A stretch of 64,000 nucleotides of DNA from Planctomycetota bacterium. GTDB lineage: Bacteria > Planctomycetota > B15-G4 > SIAN01. The position numbers and the translations under genes are program-made. Of the stretch, positions 39,326 to 48,633 are shown piece by piece. The stretch lies in assembly GCA_031409275.1 (NCBI GenBank), contig JANNXA010000022.1, forward strand, positions 128,001 through 192,000, written 5' to 3'. Each line of letters begins with the position of its first letter. Position 1 is the stretch's first letter. The notes under the pieces are model-generated. The model searched no databases, was not told where the DNA came from, and saw nothing but the letters and a program-made list of their open reading frames with translations.

Positions 39326-40623
39326 CGCCGCGGAGCCGCGCAGCCTCCGGCCGAGCAGCCCCCACCCTCCGCGGTCGCGGACATCGGCGCGGCGCTCGAG
39401 CGATTCCATGGCATGCGCGCCAACAGCAGCCCCATCCCGCACCAGTCGGTGATTCCGGCGAAGAGGAGGCCACCGCCGACGAACGCGGCGAGACCGACGA
39501 ATGCCGGATGGAGCAGCAGCGCCAACACGGAGGAGAGCAGGACGAGGCTGCCGGCGACGATTCGCACCTGCCGTTCGAGCGAGAGGCGCGCCCGCCCCTT
39601 CACGGTGTCAACGCCCGCGGCGCGCAGCGCTTCGAGCCCTCCTTCGACGACCGTCGTTCCGCCGACGCCGAGCGCCAAGAGCCGCTCCTGCGCCTGCGCT
39701 GCGCGAGCGCCGGTTCGGCAGAGCAGCAGGCGTGGCGCTGCCACTTTGCGGATCTCGTCGATTCGCCCTTCGAGTTGATCGAGCGCTACCAGGCGCGATC
39801 CGTCGACATGCTCCGTCTCGAATTCGGCTCCGCTGCGCACATCGATCACGCTGTGGGCGCTGCCGTTGGCGATGCGTGCCACGAGTTCGGCTGCCGGAAG
39901 CGAGGCGGCGATGGGCGCGCCGTCGCGATTCAGCGCCAGCAGCAGCTCCATGTTCGCGGGACGCGGCGGCCCCGGCCCCGCCAGCGCCTTCGCGAAGGCG
40001 TCGCGGTCGGCGTGGGCCAGCCAAGGATTGTCGCGCCTCTGTCCACCCAGGGTGCTCTCGATCCGGCCGTGGTAGTCGTGGCCGGGAAACAGGCGGGTGG
40101 TGTCGGGCAGTTCGCGCAGCAACCGCTGCAACGTGTCGAACAGGACGCGTGCGTCGCCCCCGAGGAAGTCGGCGCGCGCGATGGTGTCGATCAGCAACGT
40201 GTCGCCGGCGAAGAGCGCGTCGCCAATCACCAGCACGAGATGATCTTGCGTATGACCGGGCGCGTGGAGCACCCGCACGCGCTGCTCACCCAGCGGCAGT
40301 TCCTCACCGTCGGCCGGCATGCGCGTCACTCCGCGATGAGCCGCCAGCGGATGGGCAACGCGGGTCGCTTGCAGTCGGATCGCGAGGGAGGCCGATCCGG
40401 AGGGGTGATCGGCGTGGGTGTGGGTGTCGACGACGAAATCGACCGTGAGCTGGTCGCGGTTCACTCGATCGACGATCGCATCGACGAGATCGAGATGCGG
40501 GTCGACCACGAGCGCGCGTCGGGAAGGCGCGTCCGCGACGAGCCAGCTGCGGCACCCTTGCGGGTGGAGGAACGGGACGACGACGAGGTGGCTCGCGGAA
40601 CGGGTGGGCGCATCGAGTTTCAT
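39322..40623 (-). CDS. Persulfide dioxygenase (ETHE1/Blh-like MBL) - rhodanese - DUF2892 fusion
   Basis: AGGAG RBS; DTHTHADH, PGHT, GDTL, ARADF and PGHDY; rhodanese IDVR...CRTGAR; C-terminal LERQVRIVAG...AGITDWCGMGLLLARMPWN. Confidence 0.92.
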   Translation of the reverse strand: MKLDAPTRSASHLVVVPFLHPQGCRSWLVADAPSRRALVVDPHLDLVDAIVDRVNRDQLTVDFVVDTHTHADHPSGSASLAIRLQATRVAHPLAAHRGVTRMPADGEELPLGEQRVRVLHAPGHTQDHLVLVIGDALFAGDTLLIDTIARADFLGGDARVLFDTLQRLLRELPDTTRLFPGHDYHGRIESTLGGQRRDNPWLAHADRDAFAKALAGPGPPRPANMELLLALNRDGAPIAASLPAAELVARIANGSAHSVIDVRSGAEFETEHVDGSRLVALDQLEGRIDEIRKVAAPRLLLCRTGARAAQAQERLLALGVGGTTVVEGGLEALRAAGVDTVKGRARLSLERQVRIVAGSLVLLSSVLALLLHPAFVGLAAFVGGGLLFAGITDWCGMGLLLARMPWNRSSAAPMSATAEGGGCSAGGCAAPRR

Positions 40624-40706
40624 GACGGGCTCCTGCGGGTGGACGAGTCGCTCTTCCGGCAGGAGAGAGGCACGTTCCACGCCAGCGTTCCCGCGGAGGA
40701 GCGCGA

Positions 40707-40730
40707 CGCCACCCGCACGCGCGGGCGGCG
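40707..40730 (-). terminator. GC-rich stem-loop just after the ECF sigma stop codon (possible terminator or RNA stabiliser)
   Basis: Minus strand CGCCGCCCGC-GCGT-GCGGGTGGCG forms a 10-bp stem with one G-U pair. There is no U-tract, so termination is uncertain. Confidence 0.35.
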
Positions 40731-40735
40731 CGCCG

Positions 40736-41551
40736 CTAGGAGGTGGACGCTCCTTCACGCAGTTCGCGTGCGAGCCAGTCGCGCAGCGGCTGGGGGAGTT
40801 TTCCTTCGCCAAGCTCGCGGCACAGCTCCTGCCCCCAGTCGAGCGAGGCGAAGACCGTCGCGCACCGCTCGCAGACGAGCCCACGCGGGAACTCGAAGGC
40901 GACCCCGCGATCGAGTGCCTCCTGCTTGGCGCGCAGCAAGTCGAGGCAGAGCTGGCGCTCGTATCGCGGCGGTGCCACCGCCTCCCGTGGCAGCACCGCC
41001 TCGAGTGCCGCGCGCAGCCGCAATCGGGCGCGATGGACGCGCGTGCGGACCGTGGCGGGCTCGATCCCGAGCAGCGCCGCCACCTCGCTCACCTCGAGTC
41101 CGACGATCTCGCGCAGCACCAACGGCAGCCGGAAATCGAGCGGCAACTCCGCGATGGCCGCCTCGAGTTGCTGCTTCGCTTCGCGGCGGACGGCCGCGGC
41201 GACCGGAGTCGAGTCGTCGGGAACCGTTCCGAGCAGCGGTGCCGCGAACAGCGCCTCCGGATCGAGCGGCGCGAGTTCCGTCGGAGCCCCGGCGCGCGGG
41301 CGGTGCATGCGCTGGCAGGCGCGAGCGGCGATCGACCAGAGCCACGTCGCCGGCGATGAGCGCCCTTCGAAGCGATCCCACGCGCGCCACGCCTGCAGGA
41401 AGGTCTCCTGCACCAGCTCACGCGCCTGCTCGTCATCGCCGCAGAAGCGCCGACCGAGTGCGTAGAGGCGGCTGCCCTGCTCGTCGACCAGTCGCGGCAG
41501 CGCTTGCGCGCGCGGGTCGCCTGCGCGAACGGGTGGCGACGTCTCGCTCAA
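40736..41551 (-). CDS. ECF sigma-70 factor with a Cys-rich C-terminal extension
   Basis: TTG start overlaps the upstream stop. Region 2 ELVQETFLQAW...FEGRSSPATWLWSIA; region 4 LPLDFRLPLVLRE...EVAALLGI...TVRTRVHRAR; tail contains C...CERC...C. Confidence 0.9.
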   Translation of the reverse strand: MSETSPPVRAGDPRAQALPRLVDEQGSRLYALGRRFCGDDEQARELVQETFLQAWRAWDRFEGRSSPATWLWSIAARACQRMHRPRAGAPTELAPLDPEALFAAPLLGTVPDDSTPVAAAVRREAKQQLEAAIAELPLDFRLPLVLREIVGLEVSEVAALLGIEPATVRTRVHRARLRLRAALEAVLPREAVAPPRYERQLCLDLLRAKQEALDRGVAFEFPRGLVCERCATVFASLDWGQELCRELGEGKLPQPLRDWLARELREGASTS

Positions 41552-43164
41552 GAGCCGAGGTGATCGATGCGCAGCACGGCGAAGCGCGTCGCGTCGTCCG
41601 CGCTCGCGCCAAGCAGCCCCCACGTGGCGAGCCCATCGTCGGAGCGCGCGTCGAGCAGCAGCAGCGCCAGTCGCGCGAGCCGCTGCTTCGAGGGCACGAA
41701 GAGCGTCCCCGCGGGCAGCTCGCCCTGCCACGCTCCGTCGCTGCCGCCCCACTCGATGAGTCGATGACCCTGGAATGGCCGTTCCGATTCGCGGCGATCC
41801 CGGATCACCATGGCGGTTCCGCGGGCCGGAGCCGCCGCCGCGAAGCGCTCGACCACGAGGCCGTGGCGGCGCAGCAGCTCTTCGAGCTCCGCGCTCGCAC
41901 CCGGAATCGCGAAACCGGCGAGAGGCAGCGCGAGCGGCTCCAACCCCCCGAAGCTCACCTGCGCCGGAAGCACCACTTCACGCACGACACCGGTGTCGAT
42001 GACCCGTTCGAGTCCCGTCACGGCGTCGGGCTCGCTGCGGCACTCACCGACCAGCACGCGGTCGTTCGCGCGCGTCACGGTCAGCTTGCCGCGTCGGGGC
42101 ACGGCCGCGCCGCCCGCCCGCTCGATCCCGTCGGCGTCGGCGTCACGGCGAAGCTGCGCGATGGTGTCGGCACGCGCTGCGGAAAAGCGCAGCGCCGCCC
42201 GCACGAAGGCGCCAGTCACCTGCACGCGCCGCTCGAAGGTCTCGTGGCTGTAGGCCTCCGAAAGGAGCGTGAGGCGGTTGCAGAGGCCGAAGTAGTTGAT
42301 GCCGTAGCGCCCGCGGTGGTCGAAGGTCGCCCAGCCGAGTTCGGGCTGCTTGGAATCGACGAAGTCGCCGTAGTCGTAGGTGGCGAATCCGGCGCCCGCC
42401 ATCGTCGCGCGCAAGGCCGGCAACAGCGTTCCTTGCGCGAACGCCAGCATCTTCGGTTCGGTCGCCGGATGGAGCGGCGGGGCATAGGTGAGGTCGTAGC
42501 CGTGGAAGCTGCCATCGGTCGTGTGCAGATCCATCACCAGCGCGGCGTCGAGCGCGTTCACCGCAGCGATCAGCCCGCGCGTCTCGGGCGCTTCGAGCTT
42601 GATGAAGTCGCGGTTCAGGTCGAGCTGCTGTCCGTTGGCGCGTTGACCGACGCCTTCGACCGGCCCGTTCTGGTCGGGGCGATTCTTGCGATCGATGGCG
42701 TCGTTGCCGTCGGGGTTGTAGTTCGGCACGAACGCGATCACCAGGCGCGTCAGGAGCTCGGTGTGCTGGCCCGCCGCGAACTCGCGCAGGAGCTCCTGCA
42801 CCGCCTCTTTGCCCTCGACCTCGCCCGCGTGGATGTTGGCGCAGACCAGCACGGCGAGCTTGCCGCTCGCGCGCGCGATGGCCAACGTCGGGCAGGGCGG
42901 CTCGGCCACGAGCACCAGCGGCACCGCGCGCCCTTGCGTCGATGTCGCGATCTCGAGGCGCACGAGGCGTGGCGAGGCGGCGACGCAGGTCGCCACGAAC
43001 CGCTCGACCTCCTCGCTCGTCGAGGTGCGCGTGAAGCCGGACGCCTCGGCCACGGTGCGTGGTAGTGCGGGTGGCGGTCCCGGCGACGCGTCCTGCTGCG
43101 ATGCGCGCGCGAGCGACGCGGACAGGAGGAGAGCGAGCGGGGCCAGCAGCCGGCGCGGGCTCAT
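41548..43164 (-). CDS. M14 family zinc carboxypeptidase, secreted
   Basis: Signal peptide; NIHAGEVEG (HxxE), YNPDGN, DLNRD, DLHTTDG and LSEAYS. Confidence 0.92.
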   Translation of the reverse strand: MSPRRLLAPLALLLSASLARASQQDASPGPPPALPRTVAEASGFTRTSTSEEVERFVATCVAASPRLVRLEIATSTQGRAVPLVLVAEPPCPTLAIARASGKLAVLVCANIHAGEVEGKEAVQELLREFAAGQHTELLTRLVIAFVPNYNPDGNDAIDRKNRPDQNGPVEGVGQRANGQQLDLNRDFIKLEAPETRGLIAAVNALDAALVMDLHTTDGSFHGYDLTYAPPLHPATEPKMLAFAQGTLLPALRATMAGAGFATYDYGDFVDSKQPELGWATFDHRGRYGINYFGLCNRLTLLSEAYSHETFERRVQVTGAFVRAALRFSAARADTIAQLRRDADADGIERAGGAAVPRRGKLTVTRANDRVLVGECRSEPDAVTGLERVIDTGVVREVVLPAQVSFGGLEPLALPLAGFAIPGASAELEELLRRHGLVVERFAAAAPARGTAMVIRDRRESERPFQGHRLIEWGGSDGAWQGELPAGTLFVPSKQRLARLALLLLDARSDDGLATWGLLGASADDATRFAVLRIDHLGS

Positions 43165-44015
43165 GCGCGGCTCGCGAAGAGCAGCGTGCGCAGGCCGTTG
43201 CGTTCCTGGCGGACGTGGTCGATCTCGATGCGGGGGAACCCGGCCAAGGTGAGCGCCTCCTTCAGTCCATCGAGCGGGAGCCAGCGCGCGAAGTCGAGCG
43301 TTCCGGCGAAGGGGTTGTCGGGCTGGTCCTCGCGGAAGCGTCGGAACGCGAAGCGGCGTCCCCCCGCCTCGTAGCTCTCGGTGGCCTGCTCAGGCGCGGC
43401 GATCGAGGTGTCGAGCATCATTCCATCGCGCACCAGCTCACCGAGCGCCAGCAGATGGGCGACCGGATCACGCAGGTGGTAGAGCACTCCGACGTGATGG
43501 GCGACGTCGACCTGCAACTCTGGCGGCGGCGTCGCGCGGCTCTCGACGTCCCATGGGAAGACGGTCGGGTGGACGCCGAAGAAGGCGCAGCGCACGATCG
43601 TCTTCACCACGTTCTCGACGCGCGCATCGATGGCGGTGACGGCTTTCGCGCGCTGGCACAAGGCGATGGTGTGAATCCCCTCGAAGCAACCGATCTCGAG
43701 CACTCGCTTGTCGGCGAGGTGGAAGCGCGCGTCGAACTGCACGATGCGCGGATCGGGAATCGGCTGCGGCGACTCGCGTTTGCCCTCTTTCGCCGGGCAG
43801 CCGAAGCGGCGTCCGTGGCCATCCGCGGTGAAGCAGTTCCAATCGAGCAGCGTGTTCAGCCGGTCGAGTTCGCCGTCGGAGAGGCGATCGACGAGCGGCG
43901 CGGCCACGCGCCCCTCGGTGAAGCCGCTGCGCGGGAAGCTGGCGCGAAACCTCGCCTTGGCGGCCGCGCGCGCGGCGCTGCGGTCGAATCGTTCGAGCAA
44001 CCAGCGGGCAAGCAT
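43161..44015 (-). CDS. Class I SAM-dependent methyltransferase
   Basis: GGAGG RBS; VLEIGCFEG (motif I), AIDAR and GVLYHLRDP. Confidence 0.9.
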   Translation of the reverse strand: MLARWLLERFDRSAARAAAKARFRASFPRSGFTEGRVAAPLVDRLSDGELDRLNTLLDWNCFTADGHGRRFGCPAKEGKRESPQPIPDPRIVQFDARFHLADKRVLEIGCFEGIHTIALCQRAKAVTAIDARVENVVKTIVRCAFFGVHPTVFPWDVESRATPPPELQVDVAHHVGVLYHLRDPVAHLLALGELVRDGMMLDTSIAAPEQATESYEAGGRRFAFRRFREDQPDNPFAGTLDFARWLPLDGLKEALTLAGFPRIEIDHVRQERNGLRTLLFASRA

Positions 44016-44029
44016 CGAGGGCCTCCGGA

Positions 44030-45223
44030 TCAGCGGCGTCGCAGCGCCTCGGTCGGCGCCAGGCGCGCCGCGCGCCAGGCCGGCACGGCGCCGCCGAGCA
44101 GCCCGAGCGCGAGTGCGAAGGTGATGGCACCGCCAAGCACCGGCAGCGTGACGCGGAAGGCAAACGCGACTTCGGTGAAGGTCGCGAAGTTGGTGGTGCC
44201 GGTCTCGATGCCGTTGATCGGAAGCGCCAGCAGGCACCCGACCGCTCCGCCGATCAGGCCGAGCACCAGCGCCTCGAACAGGAAGGAGAGGAAGATCGGG
44301 AAGGGCCGGAAACCCAGCGACAGGAGGATTCCGATCTCGTGCGTTCGGCTGGCCACCGCCGACAGCATGGTGTTGGTGGCGGTGAAGGTGGCGGCGAGCC
44401 CCATGATCACCGACAGCCCGATGCTGAGCGCGAGCAGCGTGGTCGCGAGCGCGCCGGTCATCGACTCGAGGTACGCGCGCTCGGTGAAGACCTTCACCTT
44501 CAGGTCCTGGTAGGTCGACCCGTCGGCGAGCATCGCGGCGAATGCGTCGTATTCGTCGCCGACGATCTCGGGATTGAGCTTCGCCACCACGCGATTGGCC
44601 ACCGGTCGCTGCAGCGCGACGAGCATGCGCTCGAAGTCGCCCCAGATCTCCGACTCGAAGGGGCCGTCGCATTCGAAGATGCCGACCACGCGAAACGGCG
44701 TCGTGTTGAGCTGGACCACGTCGCCGAGCCGGCAGTTCTCGATGCGATCGACGAGCTTGCGCCCCACCACGACCTCGTCGGCGCCGAACTGCAGCGCGCG
44801 CCCCTCGGTGAAACGGAACGAGTCCCCGCGAATCGCGAGGCTCGCCGCCTGCACTCCGCGGATCGGGACGTTGGTCTCGCCGCTGCCGTCCGCCTTGTTG
44901 CGTCGGACGGCGAGGTAGCACTCCATCGCCGCGAGTGGCGCGCCTTCCGGGCCGCCCGACTTCGCGATCTGCGGAAGGGTCTTGATCAGCCGATCACACG
45001 TTTCGCGCGTGATCCCGCTTTCGCCTTCGCTGGTCGCCCCCTGGCGCAGGAAGACGGCGACATCGTCACGGCCGTTCTGGACGAACAGCGAAGTGAAGCC
45101 GGCTCGCAACGCCAGCACTCCGGCCAGCACGGCGACCGTCGCCCCGATGCCAAGCACGGTCAGCAGGGTCGCGCTGCGGCGGACGAAGAGGCTGCGCAGG
45201 GTGTAGGAGAGTGGTACGAGCAT
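44030..45223 (-). CDS. ABC exporter permease (MacB/FtsX family)
   Basis: N-terminal TM, a periplasmic domain, NTM...RTHEIGILLSLGF and three C-terminal TM helices. Confidence 0.92.
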   Translation of the reverse strand: MLVPLSYTLRSLFVRRSATLLTVLGIGATVAVLAGVLALRAGFTSLFVQNGRDDVAVFLRQGATSEGESGITRETCDRLIKTLPQIAKSGGPEGAPLAAMECYLAVRRNKADGSGETNVPIRGVQAASLAIRGDSFRFTEGRALQFGADEVVVGRKLVDRIENCRLGDVVQLNTTPFRVVGIFECDGPFESEIWGDFERMLVALQRPVANRVVAKLNPEIVGDEYDAFAAMLADGSTYQDLKVKVFTERAYLESMTGALATTLLALSIGLSVIMGLAATFTATNTMLSAVASRTHEIGILLSLGFRPFPIFLSFLFEALVLGLIGGAVGCLLALPINGIETGTTNFATFTEVAFAFRVTLPVLGGAITFALALGLLGGAVPAWRAARLAPTEALRRR

Positions 45224-45226
45224 CGG

Positions 45227-46393
45227 TCACTCCACCGATCGCAGCGCTTCGACCACGCGAAGCGCGCGTGCGCGAAGCGCCGGCATGACGCCGGCGACGA
45301 GGCCGATGGCGAGCGTGAGCCCGGTGGCCAGCAGCAGCGTCTCCGACGTCACCTCGTAGCCGGGGAACATGCTGCCGAGCGCGGCGCGCAGTCCCGGCTC
45401 GCTCAACTTCGCCAGCGCGATGCCGCCGAAGCCGCCGATCCCGCAGAGCAGCAGCGACTGGGTCAGCATCATCCCGGCGACGCTGCCGTCGGTGAAACCG
45501 ACCGCCTTCAGGATGCCGGCGTCGTGCAACTGTTCGCGGAAGGCCATCAGCATCGTGTTGATGCAGGCGAGCACGATCGCGATCAGGACGCCCCCGCCGA
45601 TCGCCGAGACGAAGAAGGGTACGTTGCCGACCATCGAGACGAACTGCGCCTGGAACTCCGCCTCGGTGCTGCAACTGACGCGCTGCGGCCCGTTCTCGAA
45701 CAGCTGCTCGACCGATGCCGCGATCGCGACCTGGTCGGCATCGGGGGCGGTGCGCAGGAAGTAGGTGCCGGTGCCGGGCGCTTCGCCGAACGACGCCTTC
45801 ACCGTCTCTTCGAAGTAGTTCCAGTGGAAGAACATCGTGTTGCCGTCGACGGCGCTCGAGGTGGGCTCGTAGATCGCCCGGACGGTGAACTCCCACGCGC
45901 CGCCGTCGGGGGCCGGGAAGATCGTCGCCAGCAACGGCACTGTCTGGCCGACCTTCCAGTCGAACTGCTTCGCGAGCGAGCGGCCGACCAGGCAGCCGCG
46001 TCGATCGGCGGCGACGTCGGCCCAACTGCCCTCGACCAGCGACACTTCCGGATACAGGTCGTTGAGCTGGTCCATGTCGACGGCGAACTGCGCGAAGAAG
46101 GCGTCCTCGTCGCCGTAGCGGCCGCCGAACCACTGCCATTTGCAGAGGGTCTGGACCCCTTCGACAGCGGCGATCTTCGCCTGGTAGCTCTGCGGCAGGT
46201 CGACGAAGAGGCTCACGGCGGATTGCACGACGAGGCGATCGCGCTTGGCACCGCGCACGCCGGCGTCGAGCGCGACGACCAGCGAGCGCAGCATGCAGAG
46301 CAGGAACAGCGCCACCACCAGCGAAGCGATGGTGAGACCCGAGCGAACCTTGTGCTTGCCGAGGTAACGGCGAACCAGGCGGAAGGAACTCAT
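45227..46393 (-). CDS. ABC exporter permease (MacB/FtsX family)
   Basis: RSGLTIAS, WFGG, NTMLMAFRE...GILKAVGF and GLVAGVMPA. Confidence 0.92.
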   Translation of the reverse strand: MSSFRLVRRYLGKHKVRSGLTIASLVVALFLLCMLRSLVVALDAGVRGAKRDRLVVQSAVSLFVDLPQSYQAKIAAVEGVQTLCKWQWFGGRYGDEDAFFAQFAVDMDQLNDLYPEVSLVEGSWADVAADRRGCLVGRSLAKQFDWKVGQTVPLLATIFPAPDGGAWEFTVRAIYEPTSSAVDGNTMFFHWNYFEETVKASFGEAPGTGTYFLRTAPDADQVAIAASVEQLFENGPQRVSCSTEAEFQAQFVSMVGNVPFFVSAIGGGVLIAIVLACINTMLMAFREQLHDAGILKAVGFTDGSVAGMMLTQSLLLCGIGGFGGIALAKLSEPGLRAALGSMFPGYEVTSETLLLATGLTLAIGLVAGVMPALRARALRVVEALRSVE

Positions 46394-46397
46394 GCGC

Positions 46398-47108
46398 TCA
46401 GGCCCGACCGGCGACGACGGGGTTGGTCTCGATCCGGCCGAGCTGCCCCTTGTCGAGGTGGACGATCATGCTGGCGCGCGCCGCTGCGAACGGGTCGTGC
46501 GTCACCATCAGGATGGTCTTCTTGAACTCCTGGTTCAGGCGCACCAGAAGGTCGAGCACGTCGCCGGCCGACTTGCGGTCGAGATCGCCGGTGGGCTCAT
46601 CGGCGAGGATCACTTTCGGGTCGCTGGCGATCGCGCGCGCGATGGCGACGCGCTGCTCCTGACCACCCGAGAGTTGTTGCGGACGATGCTCTTCGCGGCC
46701 CTCGAGCCCGACCAGTTTCAGCGCGAAGCGCGCGTGGTCGCGCCGCTCCTTCTTGGAGAGGGGCGTCAGCGTGAGCGGCAGTTCGACGTTCTCCTGCGCG
46801 GTCAGCACCGGGATCAGGTTGAAGCCCTGGAAGACGAAGCCGACGTTGGCCGCGCGCCACCGCGCGAGTTCGCCGGAGGAGAGCTCGGAGAGGTTCGAGC
46901 CTGCCACGACGAGCTGTCCGTCGTCGGCCTGGTCGAGCCCGCCAATCAAGTTGAGCAGCGTCGTCTTGCCCGAACCCGACGGCCCCATCAGCGCATAGAA
47001 GCGCCCCTCGTCCATCGTCAGGTCGAGTCCGTCGAGCACGGTCAGCGTCTCGCCGCCGCGCTGGTAGCGCTTGAAGACTCCGCGCGCCGAGATCATCGGA
47101 TTGCTCAT
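46398..47108 (-). CDS. ABC transporter ATP-binding protein (LolD/MacB-like)
   Basis: GPSGSGKTT, GFVFQ, LSGGQEQRVAIARA, ADEPTGDLD, VTHD. Confidence 0.95.
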   Translation of the reverse strand: MSNPMISARGVFKRYQRGGETLTVLDGLDLTMDEGRFYALMGPSGSGKTTLLNLIGGLDQADDGQLVVAGSNLSELSSGELARWRAANVGFVFQGFNLIPVLTAQENVELPLTLTPLSKKERRDHARFALKLVGLEGREEHRPQQLSGGQEQRVAIARAIASDPKVILADEPTGDLDRKSAGDVLDLLVRLNQEFKKTILMVTHDPFAAARASMIVHLDKGQLGRIETNPVVAGRA

Positions 47109-48541
47109 GGCTGCTCCTTCGACTTCGCTTGCACCCGATCCCCGTCGGCGAGGTCCGCCGGCGGGTCGACCACCACGCGATCACGCGCGGCAAGTCCCTT
47201 GGTCACCAGTACGCGCCCGCCGCTCGGTTCCCCCGCGGCGACTTCCGTTCGCTGCACTCGATCGCCGCGCACGACCCACACCACGAGCGCCGCGCCGTCG
47301 CGCTGCAGCGCTCGTTCCGGGACCAGCACGCCGACGATCGGTACGGCGCCTCCCGCGGCCGGGGCCGGCGCATCCTTCGTTCGAAACACGACGCGTGCCC
47401 CCATCTCGGGGCGCAGCTTCGCGTCGGGCGCGGCGAATCGCACGCGCACTTCGATCGTCGCCTTGCTTCGACTCGCGGTCGGCCAGATCCGGGTGACCTC
47501 GCCGTCGTATCCCTGCTCCGGCCACGCATCGAGGAAGATGCTGGCTGGCGCGCCGACCGTGACGGCGTTGATGGTCCGCTCCGGCATCTCGACCTGCACT
47601 TCGAGCGACGCGAAGTCGACCATGGTCGCCACCGAGCCGCGGCTGTTGGCTCCCTGCGAGTTGGGTGAGACGACCTCGCCGACTTCGGCGTCCTTCAGCA
47701 CGACCACGCCGTCGAAAGGGGCGCGCACTTCGGTCTTGTCGTAGGTTGCCTGCGCCTGGTCGCGCTGCGCGGAGGCGACCGCCACCCGCGTGAGCACCTC
47801 GGCCGCGAGCGACTCCTGCACGGCGACTTGCCGCTCTCCCTGCACGATCGCCGATTGCGCGGCGGCGAGCTGAGCGACGGCGGCACGCTCCGCGGCGGCG
47901 GCCCGCGCCGCCTCGGCGCGCGCATCATCGAGCCACTGCTGGCTCTCGATGTCGTCGGCCACCATCTTCTCGGCGCGAGCGAGCCGTTGTGCCGCCTGCG
48001 CGCTCGTGGCGCGCGCCTCATCTTGCTGCGCGGCGGTGGCGTCGCGAATGCGCTCGAGGCGCTCGATGTCGCTGCGAGCGGCGGCCAACTCCTGCTCGGC
48101 GCGGGTGACGGACGCCTTCGCGCTCGCAAGCTCGGCGGTGGCATGGGCGAGCGACGCGCGGTACTCGTCCGAGTAGAGACGGGCGACCACGAAGCCCTTC
48201 TTGACGACCATTCCTTCGGTCACGTTCATCTCGACGATGCGGCCCGGCGCATCGGCGGAGAGCGCGGCGCGTTTGCTGGCGACGACGTAGCCGTTGGCCG
48301 AGGTCCCGGCGACGGCGCTCGCGGCGAGCGGCGTCGGGGCGAGGGCCACGGCGATCTCGACTTCCGGCAGGCGCACGCGATCGACCCACTGGCGCAACCG
48401 CGGCCAGAACAACGCGATCCCGCCGACGAGCAGCAGCAGCCCGACGATCCTGGCGCCGGAGCCGCCGCGACGCGGTGGTCGGCCGGTTCCTGCTGCGCCC
48501 GCGTCCTGCTTTCGCTCGATCCGCAACGGACTGAGATCCAC
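47105..48541 (-). CDS. Efflux periplasmic adaptor subunit (MacA/HlyD family)
   Basis: One N-terminal TM, ANGYVVA, a long coiled coil and VRAPFDGVV. The GTG start at 48541 is inferred. Confidence 0.9.
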   Translation of the reverse strand: MDLSPLRIERKQDAGAAGTGRPPRRGGSGARIVGLLLLVGGIALFWPRLRQWVDRVRLPEVEIAVALAPTPLAASAVAGTSANGYVVASKRAALSADAPGRIVEMNVTEGMVVKKGFVVARLYSDEYRASLAHATAELASAKASVTRAEQELAAARSDIERLERIRDATAAQQDEARATSAQAAQRLARAEKMVADDIESQQWLDDARAEAARAAAAERAAVAQLAAAQSAIVQGERQVAVQESLAAEVLTRVAVASAQRDQAQATYDKTEVRAPFDGVVVLKDAEVGEVVSPNSQGANSRGSVATMVDFASLEVQVEMPERTINAVTVGAPASIFLDAWPEQGYDGEVTRIWPTASRSKATIEVRVRFAAPDAKLRPEMGARVVFRTKDAPAPAAGGAVPIVGVLVPERALQRDGAALVVWVVRGDRVQRTEVAAGEPSGGRVLVTKGLAARDRVVVDPPADLADGDRVQAKSKEQP

Positions 48542-48633
48542 GACGCAAAACCCTCCGCCCAAGACGAGCGGCGCACGTTAGCAGCCGGCTCAAGAAGTCG
48601 ACTCGCGCGGGCCGCGTCGCGAACCGCTGCCGC

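Noticed and set aside
39508..43065. 1185-aa plus-strand ORF
   Set aside because: Antisense shadow of the PDO, sigma and M14 genes, with Arg/Ala-rich sequence and no motifs.
43161..44921. 586-aa ORF suggesting a permease-methyltransferase fusion
   Set aside because: The upstream part is an alternative frame of the permease gene. The methyltransferase has its own GGAGG RBS and ATG at 44015.
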